64,000 bases of DNA. Origin: an uncultured Nisaea sp. GTDB lineage: Bacteria > Pseudomonadota > Alphaproteobacteria > Thalassobaculales > Thalassobaculaceae. Of this stretch, positions 57,270 to 64,000 are shown piece after piece. The notes under the pieces are model-generated. The model saw only the letters and a program-made list of their open reading frames with translations. It was not told where the DNA came from and made no database searches. The stretch spans positions 3,097-67,096 of the forward strand of contig NZ_CAXBDC010000010.1 of assembly GCF_963974195.1 (NCBI RefSeq), read 5' to 3'. The first letter of the stretch is position 1. Each line of letters starts with the position of its first letter. The position numbers and the translations under genes are program-made.

Positions 57270-58145
57270 GTGCAGGACTTTCTCGACAACGACCCGACGA
57301 TCTCCACTGCCAAATTCGCAGCCATTCTCGGGCTGACGCCGTCCAAGGGCGCGCGGTCGCCGCAGCTCTGGAACGCCGCCTTCACGGCTGCCAGCATCGA
57401 TGCCGCGATGGTGCCGATGGATGTGACTCCGGAGAATCTGGCGGGGCTGGTTGCGGCTCTCAAAGCAGACAAACGCTATATCGGCGGTGCGGTCGCGGTG
57501 CCGCACAAGCAGGAGATCGCGAAGCTGCTGGACCGGCTGGAGCCGGAGGCGGAGCGGATCGGTGCGGTGAATGCGATTTACCGGGACGGGGACGAGTTGG
57601 TCGGCGCCAATACGGACGGGGCCGGGGCGCTGTCGCAGATCGCGGACGCGCTGCCGGATCTCGCCTCCCGCAAGGCGGTGCTGATCGGGCTTGGCGGGGC
57701 CGGGATCGCGGTCGCCGCCTATCTGGCGGGGGCGGTGAAAGAGCTGCTGGTCGCCAACCGGACCCAGGCGAAGGCCAAAGAAGCGGCAGCGAAACTCGGC
57801 GGACATGTCTCGGCGGCGGCTCTGCCGCTGACGGCGGAACTGCTCTCCGACTGCGGCGTGCTGGTGAACTGCACGTCGGCCGGATATCAGGACGGGGACG
57901 CGGGCACGCCGCTTGGGGCGGATGCCGACGCGCTGATTTCTGCCCTGCCGTCGGATGCGCTGGTCTATGACATCATCTATCAGCCGGCGGAAACTCCGCT
58001 GATGAAACTGGCGGCGGCGCGCGGGCTGAAGACACAGAACGGGCTCGGCATGAATCTCGATCAGGCCGTGATCGCCTTCCAGAAGGCCAATCCCGGTGCC
58101 CTTTCCCTTGATGCGGTACGCGATGCCATGCGGAATGCGGGGTAG
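57270..58145 (+). CDS. Shikimate/quinate dehydrogenase-family (AroE-like) oxidoreductase
   Basis: 'SPQLWNAAF', 'GGAVAVPHKQEI', 'IGAVNAIYRDGDELVGANTDGAGA' and 'LIGLGGAGIAVA'. Confidence 0.8.
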   Translation: MQDFLDNDPTISTAKFAAILGLTPSKGARSPQLWNAAFTAASIDAAMVPMDVTPENLAGLVAALKADKRYIGGAVAVPHKQEIAKLLDRLEPEAERIGAVNAIYRDGDELVGANTDGAGALSQIADALPDLASRKAVLIGLGGAGIAVAAYLAGAVKELLVANRTQAKAKEAAAKLGGHVSAAALPLTAELLSDCGVLVNCTSAGYQDGDAGTPLGADADALISALPSDALVYDIIYQPAETPLMKLAAARGLKTQNGLGMNLDQAVIAFQKANPGALSLDAVRDAMRNAG

Positions 58146-58153
58146 GCGCGACA

Positions 58154-58711
58154 ATGAGTGTGAATGCTGTTCCCGATGCGGAGCCTGACCCCATGGCCGA
58201 TACGCACATGACCGGCCTGATCCTGCTTGGCGACCATGCGGACACCATCGAGGCGGCGGCGTGGCCGCTCAGCTTCGATGCGATCCGGCACGAGCCGCTG
58301 GAGGTTGTCGCCGAGGAATTCGATATCGTCATCCCGGCGGATCATCTGGCGTCCGCGCCGCTGCTGAAGGGCGGCACGCGGGCGGCCTTCCTGGTGCATG
58401 ATCTCGATGCGCTGGAACGGCTGCGGGCGATGCAGACGCGCGGCGGCCTCAAGGGGCCGATCCTGTTCGCGCCGACCCTGGTCGCCCGGATAGAGCTGCA
58501 CCGGCTGTCCCGGCCGACCCTGAAAGCCGCCCGGCCGATCCCGCTCGGCAAGCTGCTGGAAGAGGCGGACATCTCGGAAGAAAAGGGCGGGCCGGGCATT
58601 GCCGCCGCGCTGAAACCGACCGTGCTCGGCAAGAAGGCGCTTTATGCCCTGACGGAGGGCGCCGCGCTTGATTTCGGGGTGGTGGATGAAGACGACTGGA
58701 GGCAGTCATGA
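58154..58711 (+). CDS. Hypothetical protein
   Basis: 185-aa ORF in an operon position (9 nt after the AroE-like stop, 4-nt overlap with the GT2 start). No motif recognised. Confidence 0.45.
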   Translation: MSVNAVPDAEPDPMADTHMTGLILLGDHADTIEAAAWPLSFDAIRHEPLEVVAEEFDIVIPADHLASAPLLKGGTRAAFLVHDLDALERLRAMQTRGGLKGPILFAPTLVARIELHRLSRPTLKAARPIPLGKLLEEADISEEKGGPGIAAALKPTVLGKKALYALTEGAALDFGVVDEDDWRQS

Positions 58712-59388
58712 TCAGTGTCGTCCTGCGGGCCAAGAACGAAGCCGCCTGGATCGGCCGCTGCCTGACCGCGCTGAAGCATCAGCGGGTGAAGGATATCGAC
58801 GTTATCCTGGTGGATAATGATTCCACCGACGACACACTGCCGATCGCCGAAGCCTATGGCGTCAATATCCAGTATATCAGCCGCGCGGAATTCTCTTACG
58901 GACGGGCGCTGAATATCGGCATCGCCGCCGCGAAATACGACACCGTGGCGCTGATCTCCTCGCACTGCGTGCCGGTGGACGAGCTTTGGGCGGATTACCT
59001 GCTGGCCCACCTGGGGCCGAACGGCGATCCGAAGCTCTGCGGCATCTATGGCCGGCAGGAGCCGCTGCCCGATACCAGCGCCATCGACCGGCGCGATCTC
59101 TGGACCACCTTCCGGGACGAGCGGGTACGCCAGCGCCGGGATTACTTTTTCCACAACGCCAATTCGGGCATCCGCAAATCGATCTGGGACGAGCATCCGT
59201 TCGATGAGGAAATCCGGGGCGTCGAGGACCGGGAATGGGGCAAGCGCATGATCGCGCTCGGCCATGAAATCCTCTATGAGCCGGGCCTCCGGGTCTATCA
59301 CCATCACGGCATCCATCAGGGCCGCGACGAGGGCCGCGCCAAGCGCGTCGCCGAGGTTATCGATTACATCCGGACGAGCGCGCCATGA
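58708..59388 (+). CDS. Glycosyltransferase family 2 (GT-A)
   Basis: 'ISVVLRAKNEAAWIGRCLTAL...DVILVDNDSTDDT'. Confidence 0.85.
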   Translation: MISVVLRAKNEAAWIGRCLTALKHQRVKDIDVILVDNDSTDDTLPIAEAYGVNIQYISRAEFSYGRALNIGIAAAKYDTVALISSHCVPVDELWADYLLAHLGPNGDPKLCGIYGRQEPLPDTSAIDRRDLWTTFRDERVRQRRDYFFHNANSGIRKSIWDEHPFDEEIRGVEDREWGKRMIALGHEILYEPGLRVYHHHGIHQGRDEGRAKRVAEVIDYIRTSAP

Positions 59389-60047
59389 GTGACATCCTTG
59401 CCATCATCCCCGTCTATTCCGGCGCCAGTTCGACCCCAAAGCTGGTAAAGCCCCTGCACGGCGCCTCCAGCCTGGTCCGCACCATTGAGGCCGTTCTGGA
59501 AGACCTGCCGGAAGCCCATGTGGTGCTGACCGCCGACGATGACGCGGTGAAAGCCCAGGCAGCGCCCTTCGCGGACCGGATCACCATCCATGACCGCACA
59601 GCCGAGAGCTATTCAGACGCGCTGGTGGACGTGCTGGACACCCACCCGGCGAAACAGATCGTCGTCGTGGAGCCGACGCATCCGTTCCGGCCACGCGGCC
59701 TGATCCGGCGCACGGCGGAGAACCTTGCCGCGCGCGAGCATCTCGACAGTGTGGTCTGCGTCCGCGAATTCGACGCCAGCCTGTGGCGGCTCGATCCGGA
59801 CCGCACCATCCAGGCGCTCGATCCGGGCGGCGACCGGCGCAGCTCGACCTATTTCCAGGAAGTCGTCGGCCTCGCTCTCGCCACCCGGCCGGAGCTGATC
59901 CGCGAAGGCCGGCGCCTCGGCGACGCGGTCGGCTTCGAGGTGGTCGACCAGTTCTGGGCCCTTGTCGATATCCGCGACGACATGAGCCTCGCCATGGCCG
60001 AAATGGTCGCGGACCGCTTTACCGAACTCAGGAATTCAATCGCATGA
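59385..60047 (+). CDS. Cytidylyltransferase-fold (CTP_transf_3-like) protein with a degenerate nucleotide-binding loop
   Basis: 'AIIPVYSGASSTPKLVKPLHG' replaces the canonical 'ILPARGGSKGLPGKNVKPIAG' of the next gene. It retains 'VVEPTHPFR' and 'VDIRDDMSLAMAE'. Confidence 0.6.
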   Translation: MSDILAIIPVYSGASSTPKLVKPLHGASSLVRTIEAVLEDLPEAHVVLTADDDAVKAQAAPFADRITIHDRTAESYSDALVDVLDTHPAKQIVVVEPTHPFRPRGLIRRTAENLAAREHLDSVVCVREFDASLWRLDPDRTIQALDPGGDRRSSTYFQEVVGLALATRPELIREGRRLGDAVGFEVVDQFWALVDIRDDMSLAMAEMVADRFTELRNSIA

Positions 60048-60757
60048 CCAAGTCCGACCGCGTTCTCGCCATCCTGCCCGCCCGCGGCGGCTCCAAGGGC
60101 CTGCCGGGCAAGAACGTCAAGCCAATCGCCGGCAAGCCGCTGATCGCCCATTCCGTCGAGCACGCGCTGGCTTCCGGCGTCTGCGACAGGGTGCTGGTCA
60201 CCACCGACAATGAAGCGATCCGGGATGCCGCCCTGGCCGCCGGAGCCTGGTGCCCCTTCATGCGCGAAGGCTCGCTGGCCGAGGATCTGACACCGACCGA
60301 GCCGGTGCTGAAGGACGCGCTGGAGCGGGCGGAAGAGATCGACGGGCCGTTCGGCATCGTCGTCTTCCTGCAGCCGACGGATATCTTCCGCAAGCCGGAA
60401 TGGATCGCCGCGTGCGTGAACCGGCTGAAGGCGGACGACAGTCTGGAAACGGTCTTTGTCGCCAACAAGACGCACAAGAATTTCTGGTCCCGGAACGAGG
60501 ACGGGGAATGGCAGCGGGTGTTCGACTGGATGGCAATCTACGGCCCGCGCCAGACCCGCAAGCCGCTGTTCCGCGAAGATACCGGCCTCGCCTCCGCCAT
60601 CCGCGCCGACCTGATCCGGGCCGGCAAGCGGACCGGCATGAAGGTCGATATCCTGGAAATCGACGATGTCGCCTCCGGCATCGACATCCATGACGCCTTC
60701 GATCTCTACATGGCCGAAAAGGCGCTGGAATATTTCGAGAAAAACGGCGGGCAGTAA
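60044..60757 (+). CDS. Acylneuraminate/ulosonate cytidylyltransferase (NeuA/LegF/KdsB family)
   Basis: 'AILPARGGSKGLPGKNVKPIAGKPLIAHSVEHA', 'FLQPTDIFR' and 'GIDIHDAFDLYMAE'. Start ATG 60044 forms an ATGA overlap with the upstream stop. Confidence 0.88.
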   Translation: MTKSDRVLAILPARGGSKGLPGKNVKPIAGKPLIAHSVEHALASGVCDRVLVTTDNEAIRDAALAAGAWCPFMREGSLAEDLTPTEPVLKDALERAEEIDGPFGIVVFLQPTDIFRKPEWIAACVNRLKADDSLETVFVANKTHKNFWSRNEDGEWQRVFDWMAIYGPRQTRKPLFREDTGLASAIRADLIRAGKRTGMKVDILEIDDVASGIDIHDAFDLYMAEKALEYFEKNGGQ

Positions 60758-60782
60758 GCCCGCCGCCAAGGCATTCGGCCGC

Positions 60783-61571
60783 TTATTGCAGCCCTCCGCA
60801 ATTCACGCTGTTACCGGCATTGTAGGCGTAGGCAGTGCCGGGATGCTGGTTGGAGTCCCAACCCACATCGATGGTGAAGGTACAGGCGCAACTCGGCTGG
60901 CCGCCCCCGCTCCCCTGCACGAAAGCCACGAATTCATAGGCCCAGGTCGCGGCCTCGGCTGCTTCATCCTTGGTCTGGTCCGTATTATCCCACCACCATG
61001 ATCCGGCATTGGATGATCCGCTCAGGACATCCACATTCGCGGCCATGTAATTGTCACCGCCGAATTTTGGACGCTGCTGCTCCATATCCCCGATCCTCGG
61101 GAAAGCATGCGCGCCGTTATTGTCGATCCTGAGATTACGGCCACCGATGGTCTGGTTTCCATTCAGGGATGTCGGGTTGATATTCGGATTCGGCTCGTTG
61201 TTGCCGCCGCTGGTAATGGTCATTTGCAGGATCTGGCCTGCCGTGCATTCGGCACCATTACTCCCGCCCGCATAAGCCGTCTGCACAAAGAAACCTGTCG
61301 ATTGCGTCGGCTCCGCAGCCTCCAGATCCTGGCTGTTTACCCCGGTCGGGCAGGTGTATTTGTACGCGCCTCCACCGCAATCATTGTCGCCCGCTCCGGG
61401 TGCAAGCACCAGGCACTGGCCGTCAAAGTTTCCCAGATTGCGCGTGGAGCAGGCCGAGATAATCTGGCTTCGGGTAACCGTCATGCCCGTGCATCCGCAT
61501 GCCGCCATTGCACTGCTGCTTGCCGACGCTCCAAAAACACACGCCAGCAGAATCAATACTTTCCGTTTCAT
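60783..61571 (-). CDS. Secreted Cys-rich protein, hypothetical
   Basis: Signal peptide 'MKRKVLILLACVFGASASSSAMA' and several cysteines in the mature part. Start ATG 61571 is preceded by GGGAGG. Confidence 0.6.
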   Translation of the reverse strand: MKRKVLILLACVFGASASSSAMAACGCTGMTVTRSQIISACSTRNLGNFDGQCLVLAPGAGDNDCGGGAYKYTCPTGVNSQDLEAAEPTQSTGFFVQTAYAGGSNGAECTAGQILQMTITSGGNNEPNPNINPTSLNGNQTIGGRNLRIDNNGAHAFPRIGDMEQQRPKFGGDNYMAANVDVLSGSSNAGSWWWDNTDQTKDEAAEAATWAYEFVAFVQGSGGGQPSCACTFTIDVGWDSNQHPGTAYAYNAGNSVNCGGLQ

Positions 61572-61711
61572 CCCAACCTCCCGGTTTTGAAGACGGATCA
61601 TTGTATTTGAATAATATTATATTCAGCAACTTTTAATTGCATTCACCCTTGCGCAATCCCATCCCAATCCTGGGGATTTCGTACGGGATCGCCCCCGACT
61701 ATCCTTCCGCC

Positions 61712-62911
61712 ATGGCGCAGCAAAATGCAGACATTCCAGCACCCCCACGAACACCGGACATTGCCAGAAAGACATCCGAAACCGCTCTGCACGCGCTTGC
61801 CGAGCGCTGCCGGGAAGAGCCCTTATCCGCCACGCACTGGACGGCGTTGGGGATTGTCCAGGAAGCCGCCGGTCTTGATCCTGCCCGGGCGCGTTTGCGG
61901 GCCGTTCTTCTGGAGCCGCAGGACGCAGGCAATCTGAACGATCTGGGCGCGGCAGACCCTTCCGGCATGAAGGCAGCCTTGCGGCTGCTGGTGCTTGATC
62001 CGCTGCACGGCCCGGCCACGATCATGAGCGCGCTGCATGCCTTCGGGCAGGAACGGTACATTGACGCACAGCGTTTGCTGACCAGGTTAAGGCTCTCCGA
62101 CCCGGCGAATATCGAGGCCACCTTTCTTCTCGCAAGCTCGCTCGAACAGGGGCCGCCGCAAGCGATGGCCGCCCGGCTCTATCGCACGTCCCTTGTGCTG
62201 GCACCCGAGGATCCTCTCGGGGCCGGGCGGGCCCTTGCGCGTTTGGGAGCGGGGCCCGCCGAGGCAGCGTTCCCGCCGGCCCATGTCCGCATGGTGTTCG
62301 ATGGCTACGCGGAGAGTTTCGATACGCATTTGACCGGACGTCTCAAATATACCGCGCCGGAAACCCTGCTGAAGCTGGCACACGCATCTGGCGTCGCCTC
62401 TTCAGGATCACCCGTCCGGACAGCCATTGATATCGGTTGCGGTACCGGACTCACCGGTGCTGTTTTCCGCCCCCATTGCAGGCATCTCACCGGCATCGAC
62501 ATTTCCGGCGAAATGATCCGGCGGGCAGACGCGAAAGCGATCTATGACCGCCTTGTCACGCTCGAGGCCGTTGCGTTTCTGCGGAACGACCCCGCTCTCT
62601 ATGAGCTCGCCATTGCCGCGGATGTGACATCCTATATCCCGGATTTGCCCGGTTTTCTTTCCGTGGTCAGTGCTCGCCTTGAAGAGGGCGGCACCCTCCT
62701 GCTGACGGCTCTTGAGCCGCCCGCGGGCACGGCTCCCGGCCTTGGCCCGGATGGCGCCTACACCCATAGCCTGACCGGGCTGGAAGAGGCGGCGCTCGAT
62801 GCGGGTCTCCGCGTCCTGAAGGTTGAGCGCGGCGCCATGCGGGAGGAAGCGGGCCAACCGCTCGCGACCCTCTTCCTTGCCTTCACAAAACTGCGACAAA
62901 CCGGCGTTTGA
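61712..62911 (+). CDS. TPR-containing class I SAM-dependent methyltransferase (COG4976-like)
   Basis: N-terminal TPR-like helices, then 'AIDIGCGTGLTGAVF' (motif I). The start is taken at ATG 61712. Confidence 0.75.
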   Translation: MAQQNADIPAPPRTPDIARKTSETALHALAERCREEPLSATHWTALGIVQEAAGLDPARARLRAVLLEPQDAGNLNDLGAADPSGMKAALRLLVLDPLHGPATIMSALHAFGQERYIDAQRLLTRLRLSDPANIEATFLLASSLEQGPPQAMAARLYRTSLVLAPEDPLGAGRALARLGAGPAEAAFPPAHVRMVFDGYAESFDTHLTGRLKYTAPETLLKLAHASGVASSGSPVRTAIDIGCGTGLTGAVFRPHCRHLTGIDISGEMIRRADAKAIYDRLVTLEAVAFLRNDPALYELAIAADVTSYIPDLPGFLSVVSARLEEGGTLLLTALEPPAGTAPGLGPDGAYTHSLTGLEEAALDAGLRVLKVERGAMREEAGQPLATLFLAFTKLRQTGV

Positions 62912-62976
62912 CCGGCCGCGCCCCCGGCATGCTATGGAAGTGACCGGATATACAAGCGCTTGCAGGGGGCTGGCCG

Positions 62977-63612
62977 ATGGAACTGAAATTCGATTCCCGC
63001 ACGGATATTCTCGAAATCTTCCCGACCCGGTTGTTCATGTTCGCCATCGACGGCTGTGCGCCGCTCAATGACGCCCTGAAAGCCGCCGTTCTGACACGGG
63101 AAGCTGCCGCGGAACCGAATGCCGGTGGCGTGATCGGCGGCTGGCGGTCCGGCGGCGATCTGTTCGACTGGCCTGACAAGGGCATCGACACCATCCGGCA
63201 AACGGCTCTCGGTGCCGTCCAGGCAGTGGTGCCGCTGATCGCGGGAGGGGATTGCACGTTCGAGGTCCGGCTTTCAGGCTCGGCGACGGTGCTGCGCTAT
63301 GGCGCCTACGAGAAGAGCCACCTGACGCCGGGGCACCATCTGACGATGGTCTATACAATCGAGGCAGGCGACACGCCCAATGCCGACGCGCCCGAGAACG
63401 GCACCATAGAGATCGACGATCCGCGCGCCGCTGCCGGTCTTGCAAGCCTGCCGATAGACACTGTCGGCCGCCCCATGCTGGTGGCGCCCAGGAATGGCCA
63501 GCTCACGGTTTTCCCAAGCTGGCTGACCTTCCGGACGAACCCGTATTACGGTAATGGCGAGCGGGTCACCCTGACACTCGCCGCGGAAATCCTGAACCTG
63601 AAACGGTCCTGA
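62977..63612 (+). CDS. TIGR02466 / 2OG-Fe(II)-oxygenase-5-like protein
   Basis: 'IFPTRLF', 'GGWRSGGDLF' and 'GQLTVFPSWLTFRTNP' resemble the family blocks as I recall them. Metal-ligand conservation was not verified. Confidence 0.55.
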   Translation: MELKFDSRTDILEIFPTRLFMFAIDGCAPLNDALKAAVLTREAAAEPNAGGVIGGWRSGGDLFDWPDKGIDTIRQTALGAVQAVVPLIAGGDCTFEVRLSGSATVLRYGAYEKSHLTPGHHLTMVYTIEAGDTPNADAPENGTIEIDDPRAAAGLASLPIDTVGRPMLVAPRNGQLTVFPSWLTFRTNPYYGNGERVTLTLAAEILNLKRS

Positions 63613-63615
63613 TTT

Positions 63616-63993
63616 TCAGACGGAAATATTGACCAGAGAGCCGCGCTGGAGGTCTTCAGCAAGGGCAACACGCTCGGCCCCTTCCGCCTCGGACAAAGCC
63701 CTGCGACGCTGATCGGCACGATCGGAGGCGGCGGAGACCGCGCTTTGCGCATCGCTTAACTCGGCCTCGCGCCGGGCGACAACATTCTCGGCGGAGCGCA
63801 ACGCCGACTGGGCTTGCGATACGGCTGCGCTTTGCTGGCTGGACGAGCCAAGAACCGTTGTGGCCGCAACAGCAGAACTGTTTTCCGCCGCGACCGGAGC
63901 GCTGGAGTCCGCGGGCGAACCCGTTTGCCCCGTTCCGTTCCGGTTCAAGGTATTGAGTTGAGGCGCTATCGAAGCCGTCGCTGTGATGGCCAT
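63616..63993 (-). CDS. Hypothetical Ser/Ala-rich coiled-coil protein
   Basis: 125-aa ORF with a low-complexity N-terminus and a helical, charged C-terminus. No family recognised. Confidence 0.4.
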   Translation of the reverse strand: MAITATASIAPQLNTLNRNGTGQTGSPADSSAPVAAENSSAVAATTVLGSSSQQSAAVSQAQSALRSAENVVARREAELSDAQSAVSAASDRADQRRRALSEAEGAERVALAEDLQRGSLVNISV

Positions 63994-64000
63994 TTCTGGA

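Noticed and set aside
57132-58154. 340-aa minus-strand ORF
   Set aside because: Antisense to the AroE-like gene, whose translation carries shikimate-dehydrogenase family blocks. The minus-strand product is Arg/Gln/Pro-rich with no motif.

Overview
High-GC, alphaproteobacterium-like chromosomal segment, almost entirely coding. My 60-nt spot counts give about 65-72% G+C in core genes. All family calls come from reading motifs in the supplied translations; no search was run. Block 1 (1-10.1 kb) holds the tail of a sugar aminotransferase gene, a membrane protein, a GNAT and an unassigned ORF. It also holds a translationally coupled minus-strand operon: sahR-like regulator, metF, a degenerate homocysteine-methyltransferase paralog, then a split metH (Hcy module plus pterin/B12/activation module). 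Block 2 (10.2-44.7 kb) is a very large, compositionally mosaic glycosylation island with at least 15 predicted glycosyltransferases. Five of these are paralogous TPR + GT9-like proteins. They are interleaved with a PrtD/HlyD-type type I secretion pair, a 536-aa RTX protein that is almost all beta-roll, an FkbM methyltransferase and a cytidylyltransferase. The block also carries a divergent DAHP-synthase-like enzyme, several sugar-nucleotide modifying enzymes and legB-legC-neuC(legG)-type nonulosonic-acid genes. No Wzx/Wzy/Wzm-Wzt/WecA/WbaP-type lipid-carrier machinery is recognisable, so a protein-glycosylation role is an attractive hypothesis. Block 3 (44.7-64 kb) holds a Tat-signal LodA/GoxA-type quinoprotein oxidase with its LodB-type flavoprotein, an SDR, a nucleotide-sugar dehydrogenase, a PhyH dioxygenase, pirin, and a PRTase plus M20 amidase. 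It also holds a low-GC single-gene islet encoding a NACHT/STAND NTPase (candidate defence gene) next to a decayed duplicate of the pirin 5' end. The block ends with a second sugar-activation operon (AroE-like, GT2, two tandem cytidylyltransferase-family genes), a Cys-rich secreted protein, a TPR-methyltransferase and a 2OG-oxygenase-like protein. No rRNA, tRNA, CRISPR array, transposase or integrase was recognised.
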